A DNA stretch of 64,000 nucleotides, from the NCBI GenBank assembly GCA_964016885.1, contig OZ024740.1, positions 137,764,001 to 137,828,000 of the forward strand, written 5' to 3'. Source of the DNA: Eledone cirrhosa (Eukaryota). Below the pieces are notes generated by a model that was not told where the DNA came from, made no database searches, and was given only the letters and a program-made list of their open reading frames with translations. Below, in pieces: positions 24,001 to 37,500 of the stretch. The translations under genes were made by a program, and so were the position numbers. Position 1 is the first letter of the stretch; every line of letters starts with the position of its first letter.

Positions 24001-27000
24001 CTCTAATCCCTTTTCCCCCAATCTCCAATTCTCTCTTTCTCTTATCACTTTTCTCTCAATCTCCAATTCTCCTTTTCACTTATCACTTTTTTCTCAATCA
24101 CCAATTCTCTCTTTCTCTTATCACTTTTCTCTCAATCGCCAATTCTCTCTTTCTCTTATCACTTTTACCCCAATCTCCAATTCTCTCTTTCTCTCATCAC
24201 CTTTCCCCCAATCTCCAATTCTCTCTTTCTCTTATCACTTTTCTCTCAATCTCCAATTCTCTCTTTCTCTTATGACTTTTCCCCCAATCTCCAATTCTCT
24301 CTTTCTGTTATCAATTTTCTCTCAATCTCCAATCCTTTCTTTCTCTTATCACTTTTCTCTCAATCTCCAATTCTCTCTTTCTCTTATCACTTTTCCCCCA
24401 TCTCCAATTCTGTCTTTCTCTTATCACTTTTCTCTCAATCTCCAATTCTCTCTTTCTCTTATCACTTTTCTCTCAATCTCCAATTCCCTCTTTCTCTTAT
24501 TACTTTTCTCTCAATCTCTAATTCTCTCTTTCTCCTATCACTTTTCTCTCAATCTCCAATTCTCTCTTTCTCTTATCACTTTTCCCCCCAATCTCCAATT
24601 CTCTCTTTCTCTTATCACTTTTCTCTCAATCTCCAATTCTCTCTTTCTCTTCCAACTTTTCACCCAATCACCAATTCTCTCTTTCTCTTATCACTTTTCC
24701 CTCAATCTCCAATTCTCTCTTTCTCTTATCACTTTAACTCACTCTCCAATTCTCTCTTTCTCTTATCACTTTTCCCCCAATCTCCAATTCTCTCCTTCTC
24801 TTATCAATTTTCTATCAATCTCCAATTCTTTCCTTCTCTAATCACTTTTCCCCCAATCTCCAATTCTCTCTTTCTCTTATCACTTTTCTCTCAATCTCCA
24901 ATTCTCCTTTTCACTTATCACTTTTTTCTCAATCTCCAATTCTCTCTTTCTCTTATCACTTTTCTCTCAATCTCCAATTCTCTCTTTCTCTTATCACTTT
25001 TCCCCCAATCTCCAATTCTCTCTTTCTCTCATCACCTTTCCCCCAATCTCCAATTCTCTCTTTCTCTTATCACTTTTCTCTCAATCTCCAATTCTCTCTT
25101 TCTCTTATGACTTTTCCCCCATCTCCAATTCTCTCTTTCTCTTATCACTTTTCTCTCAATCTCCAATTCTCTCTTTCTCTTATCACTTTTCCCCCAATCT
25201 CCAATTCTCTCTTTCTCTTATCACTTTTCCCCCAATCTCCAATTCTCTCTTTCTATTATCACTTTTCTCTCAATCTCCAATTCTCTCTTTCTCTTATGAC
25301 TTTTCCCCCCTATCTCCAATTCTCTCTTTCTGTTATCAATTTTCTCTCAATCTCCAATTCTTTCTTTCTCTTATCACTTTTCTCTCAATCTCCAATTCTC
25401 TCTTTCTCTTATCACTTTTCCCCCATCTCCGATTCTCTCTTTCTCTTATCACTTTTCTCTCAATCTCCAATTCTCTCTTTCTCTTATCACTTTTCTCTCA
25501 ATCTCTAATTCTCTCTTTCTCTTATCACTTTTCTCTCAATCTCCAATTCTCTCTTTCTCTTATCACTTTTCCCCCCATCTCCAATTCTCTCTTTCTCTTA
25601 TCACTTTTCTCTCACTCTCCAATTCTCTCTTTCTCTTATGACTTTTCCACCAATCTCCAATTCTCTCTTTCTCTTATCACTTTTCTCTCAATCTCCAATT
25701 CTCTCTTTCTCTTATGACTTTTCCCCCAATCTCCAATTATCTCTTTCTCTTATCACTTTAACTCACTCTCCAATTCTCTCTTTCTCTTATCAATTTTCTC
25801 TCAATCTCCAATTCTTTCTTTCTCTAATCCCTTTTCCCCCAATCTCCAATTCTCTCTTTCTCTTATCACTTTTCTCTCAATCTCCAATTCTCCTTTTCAC
25901 TTATCACTTTTTTCTCAATCTCCAATTCTCTCTTTCTTTTATCACTTTTCTCTCAATCTCCAATTCTCTCTTTCTCTTATGACTTTTCCCCCAATCTCCA
26001 ATTCTCTCTTTCTGTTATCAATTTTCTCTCAATCTCCAATCCTTTCTTTCTCTTATCACTTTTCTCTCAATCTCCAATTCTCTCTTTCTCTTATCACTTT
26101 TCTCTCAATCTCCAATTCCCTCTTTCTCTTATCACTTTTCTCTCAATCTCTAATTCTCTCTTTCTCCTATCACTTTTCTCTCAATCTCCAATTCTCTCTT
26201 TCTCTTATCACTTTTCCCCCCAATCTCCAATTCTCTCTTTCTCTTATCACTTTTCTCTCAATCTCCAATTCTCTCTTTCTCTTCCAACTTTTCACCCAAT
26301 CACCAATTCTCTCTTTCTCTTATCACTTTTCCCCCAATCTCCAATTCTCTCTTTCTCTTATCAATTTTCTCTCAATCTCCAATTCTTTCCTTCTCTAATC
26401 ACTTTTCCCCCAATCTCCAATTATCTCTTTCTCTTATCACTTTAACTCACTCTCCAATTCTCTCTTTCTCTTATCAATTTTCTCTCAATCTCGAATTCTT
26501 TCTTTCTCTAATCCCTTTTCCCCCAATCTCCAATTCTCTCTTTCTCTTATCACTTTTCTCTCAATCTCCAATTCTCCTTTTCACTTATCACTTTTTTCTC
26601 AATCACCAATTCTCTCTTTCTCTTATCACTTTTCTCTCAATCGCCAATTCTCTCTTTCTCTTATCACTTTTACCCCAATCTCCAATTCTCTCTTTCTCTC
26701 ATCACCTTTCCCCCAATCTCCAATTCTCTCTTTCTCTTATCACTTTTCTCTCAATCTCCAATTCTCTCTTTCTCTTATGACTTTTCCCCCAATCTCCAAT
26801 TCTCTCTTTCTGTTATCAATTTTCTCTCAATCTCCAATCCTTTCTTTCTCTTATCACTTTTCTCTCAATCTCCAATTCTCTCTTTCTCTTATCACTTTTC
26901 CCCCATCTCCAATTCTGTCTTTCTCTTATCACTTTTCTCTCAATCTCCAATTCTCTCTTTCTCTTATCACTTTTCTCTCAATCTCCAATTCCCTCTTTCT

Positions 27001-27650
27001 CTTATTACTTTTCTCTCAATCTCTAATTCTCTCTTTCTCCTATCACTTTTCTCTCAATCTCCAATTCTCTCTTTCTCTTATCACTTTTCCCCCCAATCTC
27101 CAATTCTCTCTTTCTCTTATCACTTTTCTCTCAATCTCCAATTCTCTCTTTCTCTTCCAACTTTTCACCCAATCACCAATTCTCTCTTTCTCTTATCACT
27201 TTTCCCTCAATCTCCAATTCTCTCTTTCTCTTATCACTTTAACTCACTCTCCAATTCTCTCTTTCTCTTATCACTTTTCCCCCAATCTCCAATTCTCTCC
27301 TTCTCTTATCAATTTTCTATCAATCTCCAATTCTTTCCTTCTCTAATCACTTTTCCCCCAATCTCCAATTCTCTCTTTCTCTTATCACTTTTCTCTCAAT
27401 CTCCAATTCTCCTTTTCACTTATCACTTTTTTCTCAATCTCCAATTCTCTCTTTCTCTTATCACTTTTCTCTCAATCTCCAATTCTCTCTTTCTCTTATC
27501 ACTTTTCCCCCAATCTCCAATTCTCTCTTTCTCTTATCACCTTTCCCCCAATCTCCAATTCTCTCTTTCTCTTATCACTTTTCTCTCAATCTCCAATTCT
27601 CTCTTTCTCTTATGACTTTTCCCCCATCTCCAATTCTCTCTTTCTCTTAT
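20400..27650. repeat. Tandem triplication of a ~2505-bp (66-monomer) unit; the middle copy is shortened to 2240 bp (59 monomers)
   Basis: GAATTC variant at 21748, 23988 and 26493 (+2240, +2505). ORF starts 21234/23474/25979 and 22032/24272/26777. The CCCCCCTATC-associated ATG is at 20550/23056/25296. Confidence 0.9.
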
Positions 27651-30600
27651 CACTTTTCTCTCAATCTTCAATTCTCTCTTTCTCTTATCACTTTTCCCCC
27701 AATCTCCAATTCTCTCTTTCTGTTATCAATTTTCTCTCAATCTCCAATTCTTTCTTTCTCTTATCACTTTTCTCTCAATCTCCAATTCTCTCTTTCTCTT
27801 ATCACTTTTCCCCCATCTCCAATTCTCTCTTTCTCTTATCACTTTTCTCTCAATCTCCAATTCTCTCTTTCTCTTATCACTTTTCTCTCAATCTCTAATT
27901 CTCTCTTTCTCTTATCACTTTTCTCTCAATCTCCAATTCTCTCTTTCTCTTATCACTTTTCCCCCCAATCTCCAATTCTCTCTTTCTCTTATCACTTTTC
28001 TCTCACTCTCCAATTCTCTCTTTCTCTTATGACTTTTCCCCCAATCTCCAATTCTCTCTTTCTCTTATCACTTTTCTCTCAATCTCCAATTCTCTCTTTC
28101 TCTTATGACATTTCCCCCAATCTCCAATTATCTCTTTCTCTTATCACTTTAACTCACTCTCCAATTCTCTCTTTCTCTTATCACTTTTCCCCCAATCTCC
28201 AATTCTCTCTTTCTCTTATCAATTTTCTCTCAATCTCCAATTCTTTCTTTCTCTAATCCCTTTTCCCCCAATCTCCAATTCTCTCTTTCTCTTATCACTT
28301 TTCTCTCAATCTCCAATTCTCTCTTTCTCTTATCACTTTTCCCCCAATCTCCAATTCTCTCTTTCTCTTCTCACCTTTCCCCCAATCTCCAATTCTCTCT
28401 TTCTCTTATCACTTTTCTCTCAATCTCCAATTCTCTCTTTCTCTTATGACTTTTCCCCCAATCTCTAATTCTCTCTTTCTGTTATCAATTTTCTCTCAAT
28501 CTCCAATTCTTTATTTTTCTTATCACTTTTCTCTCAATCTCTAATTCTCTCTTTCTCTTATCACTTTTCCCCCCATCTCCAATTCTCTCTTTCTCTTATC
28601 ACTTTTCTCTCAATCTCCAATTCTCTCTTTCTCTTATCACTTTTCCCCCCAATCTCCAATTCTCTCTTTCACTTATCACTTTTCTCTCACTCTCCAATTC
28701 TCTCTTTCTCTTATGACTTTTCCCCCAAACTCCAATTCTCTCTTTCTCTTATCCCTTTCCTCTCAATCTCCAATTCTCTCTTTCTTTTCTCACTTTTCCC
28801 CCAATCTCCAATTCTGTATTTCTCTACACACAAATCCCCTAATCTCCAATTCTCTCTTTCACTTATCAATTTTCACTCAATCTACAATTCTCTCTTTCTC
28901 TTATCACTTTTCTCCCAATCTCCAATTCTGTCAATCTCTTATCACTTTTCTCTCAATCTCCAATTCCCTCTTTCTCTTATCACTTTTCTCTCAATCTCCA
29001 ATCCTCTCTTTCTGTTCTCAGTTTACTCCCAATCTACAATTCTCTCTTTCCCTCATCACTTTTCTCTCAATCTCCAATTCTCTCCTTCTCTTATCACTTT
29101 TCCCCCAATCTCCAATTCTCTCTTTCTATTATCACTTTTCTCTCAATCTCCAATTCTCTCTTTCTCTTATCACCTTTCCCCAATCTCCAATTCTCTCTTT
29201 CTCTTATCACTTTTCTCTCAATCTCCAATTCTTTCCTTCTCTAATCACTTTTCCCCCAATCTACAATTCTCTCTTTCTCTTATCACTTTTCTCTCAATCT
29301 CCAATTCTCCTTTTCACTTGTCACTTTTTTCTCAATCTCCAATTCTCTCTTTCTCTTATCACTTTTCTCTCAATCTCCAATTCTCTCTTTCTCTTATCAC
29401 TTTTCCCCCAATCTCCAATTCTCTCTTTCTCTTATCACCTTTCCCCCAATCTCCAATTCTCTCTTTCTCTTATCACTTTTCTCTCAATCTCCAATTCTCT
29501 CTTTCTCTTATGACTTTTCCCCCAATCTCCAATTCTCTCTTTCTGTTATCAATTTTCTCTCTATCTCCAATTCTCTCTTTCTCTTATCACTTTTCCCCCA
29601 TCTCCAATTCTCTCTTTCTCTTATCAATTTTCTCTCAATCTCCAATTCTCTCTTTCTCTTATCACGTTTCTCTCAATCTCTAATTCTCTCTTTCTCTTAT
29701 CACTTTTCTCTCAATCTCCAATTCTCTCTTTCTCTTATCACTTTTCCCCCCAATCTCCAATTCTCTCTTTCTCTTATCACTTTTCTCTCACTCTCCAATT
29801 CTCTCTTTCTCTTATGACTTTTGCCCCAATCTCCAATTCTCTCTTTCTCTTATCACTTTTCTCTCAATCTCCAATTCTCTCTTTCTCTTATGACTTTTCC
29901 CCCAATCTCCAATTATCTCTTTCTCTTATCACTTTAACTCACTCTCCAATTCTCTCTTTCTCTTATCAATTTTCTCTCTATCTCCAATTCTTTCTTTCTC
30001 TTATCACTTTTCTCTCAATCTCCAATTCTTTCTTTCTCTAATCCCTTTTCCCCCAATCTCCAATTCTCTCTTTCTCTTATCACTTTTCTCTCAATCTCCA
30101 ATTCTCCTTTTCACTTATCACTTTTTTCTCAATCTCCAATTCTCTCTTTCTCTTATCACTTTTCTCTCAATCTCCAATTCTCTCTTTCTCTTATGACTTT
30201 TCCCCCAATCTCCAATTCTCTCTTTCTGTTATCAATTTTCTCTCAATCTCCAATCCTTTCTTTCTCTTATCACTTTTCTCTCAATCTCCAATTCTCTCTT
30301 TCTCTTATCACTTTTCCCCCATCTCCAATTCTGTCTTTCTCTTATCACTTTTCTCTCAATCTCCAATTCTCTCTTTCTCTTATCACTTTTCTCTCAATCT
30401 CCAATTCCCTCTTTCTCTTATCACTTTTCTCTCAATCTCTAATTCTCTCCTTCTCCTATCACTTTTCTCTCAATCTCCAATTCTCTCTTTCTCTTATCAC
30501 TTTTCCCCCCAATCTCCAATTCTCTCTTTCTCTTATCACTTTTCTCTCAATCTCCAATTCTCTCTTTCTCTTCCAACTTTTCACCCAATCACCAATTCTC

Positions 30601-31504
30601 TCTTTCTCTTATCACTTTTCCCCCAATCTCCAATTCCCTCTTTCTCTTATCACTTTAACTCACTCTCCAATTCTCTCTTTCTCTTATCACTTTTCCCCCA
30701 ATCTCCAATTCTCTCTTTCTCTTATCAATTTTCTCTCAATCTCCAATTCTTTCCTTCTCTAATCACTTTTCCCCCAATCTCCAATTCTCTCTTTCTCTTA
30801 TAACTTTTCTCTCAATCTCCAATTCTCCTTTTCACTTATCACTTTTTTCTCAATCTCCAATTCTCTCTTTCTCTTATCACTTTTCTCTCAATCTCCAATT
30901 CTCTCTTTCTCTTATCACTTTTCCCCCAATCTCCAATTCTCTCTTTCTCTTATCACCTTTCCCCCAATCTCCAATTCTCTCTTTCTCTTATCACTTTTCT
31001 CTCAATCTCCAATTCTCTCTTTCTCTTATAACTTTTCCCCCAATCTCCAATTCTCTCTTTCTGTTATCAATTTTCTCTCAATCTCCAATTCTTTCTTTCT
31101 CTTTTCACTTTTCTCTCAATCTCCAATTCTCTCTTTCTCTTATCACTTTTCCCCCATCTCCAATTCTGTCTTTCTCTTATCACTTTTCTCTCAATCTCCA
31201 ATTCTCTCTTTCTCTTATCACTTTTCCCCCAATCTCCAATTCGCTCTTTCTCTTATCAATTTTCTCTCAATCTCCAATTCTTTCTTTCTCTAATCACTTT
31301 TCCCCCAATCTCCAATTCTCTCTTTCTCTTATCACTTTTCTCTCACTCTCCAATTCTCTCTTTCTCTTATCAATTTTCCCCCAATCTCCAATTCTCTCTT
31401 TCTCTTATCAATTTTCTCTCAATCTCCAATTCTTTCCTTCTCTAATCACTTATCCCCCAATCTCCAATTCTCTCTTTCTCTTATCACTTTTCTCTCAATC
31501 TCCA

Positions 31505-34500
31505 ATTCTCTCTTTCTCTTATCACTTTTCCCCCAATCTCCATTTCTCTCTTTCTCTCATCACTTTTCTCTCAATCTCCAATTCTCTCTTTCTCTCCTAA
31601 CATTTCTCTGAATCTCCAATTCTCTCTTAATCTTCTCACTTTTCTCTCAATCTCCAATCCTCTCTTTCTGTTCTCAGTTTACTCCCAATCTACAATTCTC
31701 TCTTTCCCTCATCACTTTTCTCTCAATCTCCAATTCTCTCTTTCTCTTATCACTTTTCCCCCAATCTCCAATTCTCTCTTTCTATTATCACTTTTCTCTC
31801 AATCTCCAATTCTCTCTTTCTCTTATCACCTTTCCCCCAATTTCCAATTCTCTCTTTCTCTTATCACTTTTCTCTCAATCTCCAATTCTTTCCTTCTCTA
31901 ATCACTTTTCCCCCAATCTCCAATTTTCTCTTTCTCTTATCACTTTTCTCTCAATCTCCAATTCTCTCTTTCTCTTATCACTTTTCTCTCAATCTCCAAT
32001 TCTCTCTTTCTCTTATCACTTTTCCCCCAATCTCCAATTCTCTCTTTCTCTTATCACCTTTCCCCCAATCTCCAATTCTCTCTTTCTTTTATCACTTTTC
32101 TCTCAATCTCCAATTCTCTCTTTCTCTTATGACTTTTCCCCCAATCTCCAATTCTCTCTTTCTGTTATCAATTTTCTCTCAATCTCCAATTCTTTCTTTC
32201 TCTTATCACTTTTCTCTCAATCTCCAATTCTCTCTTTCTCTTATCACTTTTCCCCCATCTCCGATTCTCTCTTTCTCTTATCACTTTTCTCTCAATCTCC
32301 AATTCTCTCTTTCTCTTATCACTTTTCTCTCAATCTCTAATTCTCTCTTTCTCTTATCACTTTTCTCTCAATCTCCAATTCTCTCTTTCTCTTATCACTT
32401 TTCCCCCCAATCTCCAATTCTCTCTTTCTCTTATCACTTTTCTCTCACTCTCCAATTCTCTCTTTCTCTTATGACTTTTCCCCCAATCTCCAATTCTCTC
32501 TTTCTCTTATCACTTTTCTCTCAATCTCCAATTCTCTCTTTCTCTTATGACTTTTCCCCCAATCTCCAATTATCTCTTACTCTTATCACTTTAACTCACT
32601 CTCCAATTCTCTCTTTCTCTTATCAATTTTCTCTCAATCTCCAATTCTTTCTTTCTCTAATCCCGTTTCCCCCAATCTCCAATTCTCTCTTTCTCTTATC
32701 ACTTTTCTCTCAATCTCCAATTCTCCTTTTCACTTATCACTTTTTTCTCAATCTCCAATTCTCTCTTTCTTTTATCACTTTTCTCTCAATCTCCAATTCT
32801 CTCTTTCTCTTATGACTTTTCCCCCAATCTCCAATTCTCTCTTTCTGTTATCAATTTTCTCTCAATCTCCAATCCTTTCTTTCTCTTATCACTTTTCTCT
32901 CAATCTCCAATTCTCTCTTTCTCTTATCACTTTTCTCTCAATCTCCAATTCCCTCTTTCTCTTATCACTTTTCTCTCAATCTCTAATTCTCTCTTTCTCC
33001 TATCACTTTTCTCTCAATCTCCAATTCTCTCTTTCTCTTATCACTTTTCCCCCCAATCTCCAATTCTCTCTTTCTCTTATCACTTTTCTCTCAATCTCCA
33101 ATTCTCTCTTTCTCTTCCAACTTTTCACCCAATCACCAATTCTCTCTTTCTCTTATCACTTTTCGCCCAATCTCCAATTCTCTCTTTCTCTTATCAATTT
33201 TCTCTCAATCTCCAATTCTTTCCTTCTCTAATCACTTTTCCCCCAATCTCCAATTATCTCTTTCTCTTATCACTTTAACTCACTCTCCAATTCTCTCTTT
33301 CTCTTATCAATTTTCTCTCAATCTCGAATTCTTTCTTTCTCTAATCCCTTTTCCCCCAATCTCCAATTCTCTCTTTCTCTTATCACTTTTCTCTCAATCT
33401 CCAATTCTCCTTTTCACTTATCACTTTTTTCTCAATCACCAATTCTCTCTTTCTCTTATCACTTTTCTCTCAATCGCCAATTCTCTCTTTCTCTTATCAC
33501 TTTTACCCCAATCTCCAATTCTCTCTTTCTCTCATCACCTTTCCCCCAATCTCCAATTCTCTCTTTCTCTTATCACTTTTCTCTCAATCTCCAATTCTCT
33601 CTTTCTCTTATGACTTTTCCCCCAATCTCCAATTCTCTCTTTCTGTTATCAATTTTCTCTCAATCTCCAATCCTTTCTTTCTCTTATCACTTTTCTCTCA
33701 ATCTCCAATTCTCTCTTTCTCTTATCACTTTTCCCCCATCTCCAATTCTGTCTTTCTCTTATCACTTTTCTCTCAATCTCCAATTCTCTCTTTCTCTTAT
33801 CACTTTTCTCTCAATCTCCAATTCCCTCTTTCTCTTATTACTTTTCTCTCAATCTCTAATTCTCTCTTTCTCCTATCACTTTTCTCTCAATCTCCAATTC
33901 TCTCTTTCTCTTATCACTTTTCCCCCCAATCTCCAATTCTCTCTTTCTCTTATCACTTTTCTCTCAATCTCCAATTCTCTCTTTCTCTTCCAACTTTTCA
34001 CCCAATCACCAATTCTCTCTTTCTCTTATCACTTTTCCCTCAATCTCCAATTCTCTCTTTCTCTTATCACTTTAACTCACTCTCCAATTCTCTCTTTCTC
34101 TTATCACTTTTCCCCCAATCTCCAATTCTCTCTTTCTCTTATCAATTTTCTCTCAATCTCCAATTCTTTCCTTCTCTAATCACTTTTCCCCCAATCTCCA
34201 ATTCTCTCTTTCTCTTATCACTTTTCTCTCAATCTCCAATTCTCCTTTTCACTTATCACTTTTTTCTCAATCTCCAATTCTCTCTTTCTCTTATCACTTT
34301 TCTCTCAATCTCCAATTCTCTCTTTCTCTTATCACTTTTCCCCCAATCTCCAATTCTCTCTTTCTCTTATCACCTTTCCCCCAATCTCCAATTCTCTCTT
34401 TCTCTTATCACTTTTCTCTCAAACTCCAATTCTCTCTTTCTCTTATGACTTTTCCCCATCTCCAATCCTCTCTTTCTCTTATCACTTTTCTCTCAATCTC

Positions 34501-37500
34501 CAATTCTCTCTTTCTCTTATCACTTTTCCCCCAATCTCCAATTCTCTCTTTCTGTTATCAATTTTCTCTCAATCCCCAATTCTTTCTTTCTCTTATCACT
34601 TTTCTCTCAATCTCCAATTCTCTCTTTCTCTTATCACTTTTCCCCCATCTCCAATTCTCTCTTTCTCTTATCACTTTTCTCTCAATCTCCAATTCTCTCT
34701 TTCTCTTATCACTTTTCTCTCAATCTCTAATACTCTCTTTCTCTTATCACTTTTCTCTCAATCTCCAATTCTCTCTTTCTCTTATCACTTTTCCCCCCAA
34801 TCTCCAATTCTCTCTTTCTCTTATCACTTTTCTCTCACTCTCCAATTCTCTCTTTCTCTTATGACTTTTCTCCCAATCTCCAATTCTCTCTTTCTCTTAT
34901 CACTTTTCTCTCAATCTCCAATTCTCTCTTTCTCTTATGACATTTCCCCCAATCTCCAATTATCTCTTTCTCTTATCACTTTAACTCACTCTCCAATTCT
35001 CTCTTTCTCTTATCACTTTTCCCCCAATCTCCAATTCTCTCTTTCTCTTATCAATTTTCTCTCAATCTCCAATTCTTTCTTTCTCTAATCCCTTTTCCCC
35101 CAATCTCCAATTTTCTCTTTCTCTTATCACTTTTCTCTCAATCTTCAATTCTCCTTTTCACTTATCACTTTTTTCTCAATCTCCAATTCTCTCTTTCTCT
35201 TATCACTTTTCTCTCAATCTCCAATTCTCTCTTTCTCTTATCACTTTTCCCCCAATCTCCAATTCTCTCTTTCTCTTATCACCTTTCCCCCAATCTCCAA
35301 TTCTCTCTTTCTCTTATCACTTTTCTCTCAATCTCCAATTCTCTCTTTCTCTTATGACTTTTCCCCCAATCTCCAATTCTCTCTTTCTGTTATCAATTTT
35401 CTCTCAATCTCCAATTCTTTTTTTCTCTTATCACTTTTCTCTCAATCTCTAATTCTCTCTTTCTCTTATCACTTTTCCCCCAATCTCCATTTCTCTCTTT
35501 CTCTCATCACTTTTCTCTCAATCTCCAATTCTCTCTTTCTCTCCTAACATTTCTCTGAATCTCCAATTCTCTCTTAATCTTCTCACTTTTCTCTCAATCT
35601 CCAATCCTCTCTTTCTGTTCTCAGTTTACTCCCAATCTACAATTCTCTCTTTCCCTCATCACTTTTCTCTCAATCTCCAATTCTCTCTTTCTCTTATCAC
35701 TTTTCCCCCAATCTCCAATTCTCTCTTTCTATTATCACTTTTCTCTCAATCTCCAATTCTCTCTTTCTCTTATCACCTTTCCCCCAATCTCCAATTCTCT
35801 CTTTCTCTTATCACTTTTCTCTCAATCTCCAATTCTTTCCTTCTCTAATCACTTTTCCCCCAATCTCCAATTTTCTCTTTCTCTTATCACTTTTCTCTCA
35901 ATCTCCAATTCTCTCTTTCTCTTATCACTTTTCTCTCAATCTCCAATTCTCTCTTTCTCTTATCACTTTTCCCCCAATCTCCAATTCTCTCTTTCTCTTA
36001 TCACCTTTCCCCCAATCTCCAATTCTCTCTTTCTTTTATCACTTTTCTCTCAATCTCCAATTCTCTCTTTCTCTTATGACTTTTCCCCCAATCTCCAATT
36101 CTCTCTTTCTGTTATCAATTTTCTCTCAATCTCCAATTCTTTCTTTCTCTTATCACTTTTCTCTCAATCTCCAATTCTCTCTTTCTCTTATCACTTTTCC
36201 CCCATCTCCGATTCTCTCTTTCTCTTATCACTTTTCTCTCAATCTCCAATTCTCTCTTTCTCTTATCACTTTTCTCTCAATCTCTAATTCTCTCTTTCTC
36301 TTATCACTTTTCTCTCAATCTCCAATTCTCTCTTTCTCTTATCACTTTTCCCCCCAATCTCCAATTCTCTCTTTCTCTTATCACTTTTCTCTCACTCTCC
36401 AATTCTCTCTTTCTCTTATGACTTTTCCCCCAATCTCCAATTCTCTCTTTCTCTTATCACTTTTCTCTCAATCTCCAATTCTCTCTTTCTCTTATGACTT
36501 TTCCCCCAATCTCCAATTATCTCTTACTCTTATCACTTTAACTCACTCTCCAATTCTCTCTTTCTCTTATCAATTTTCTCTCAATCTCCAATTCTTTCTT
36601 TCTCTAATCCCGTTTCCCCCAATCTCCAATTCTCTCTTTCTCTTATCACTTTTCTCTCAATCTCCAATTCTCCTTTTCACTTATCACTTTTTTCTCAATC
36701 TCCAATTCTCTCTTTCTTTTATCACTTTTCTCTCAATCTCCAATTCTCTCTTTCTCTTATGACTTTTCCCCCAATCTCCAATTCTCTCTTTCTGTTATCA
36801 ATTTTCTCTCAATCTCCAATCCTTTCTTTCTCTTATCACTTTTCTCTCAATCTCCAATTCTCTCTTTCTCTTATCACTTTTCTCTCAATCTCCAATTCCC
36901 TCTTTCTCTTATCACTTTTCTCTCAATCTCTAATTCTCTCTTTCTCCTATCACTTTTCTCTCAATCTCCAATTCTCTCTTTCTCTTATCACTTTTCCCCC
37001 CAATCTCCAATTCTCTCTTTCTCTTATCACTTTTCTCTCAATCTCCAATTCTCTCTTTCTCTTCCAACTTTTCACCCAATCACCAATTCTCTCTTTCTCT
37101 TATCACTTTTCCCCCAATCTCCAATTCTCTCTTTCTCTTATCAATTTTCTCTCAATCTCCAATTCTTTCCTTCTCTAATCACTTTTCCCCCAATCTCCAA
37201 TTATCTCTTTCTCTTATCACTTTAACTCACTCTCCAATTCTCTCTTTCTCTTATCAATTTTCTCTCAATCTCGAATTCTTTCTTTCTCTAATCCCTTTTC
37301 CCCCAATCTCCAATTCTCTCTTTCTCTTATCACTTTTCTCTCAATCTCCAATTCTCCTTTTCACTTATCACTTTTTTCTCAATCACCAATTCTCTCTTTC
37401 TCTTATCACTTTTCTCTCAATCGCCAATTCTCTCTTTCTCTTATCACTTTTACCCCAATCTCCAATTCTCTCTTTCTCTCATCACCTTTCCCCCAATCTC

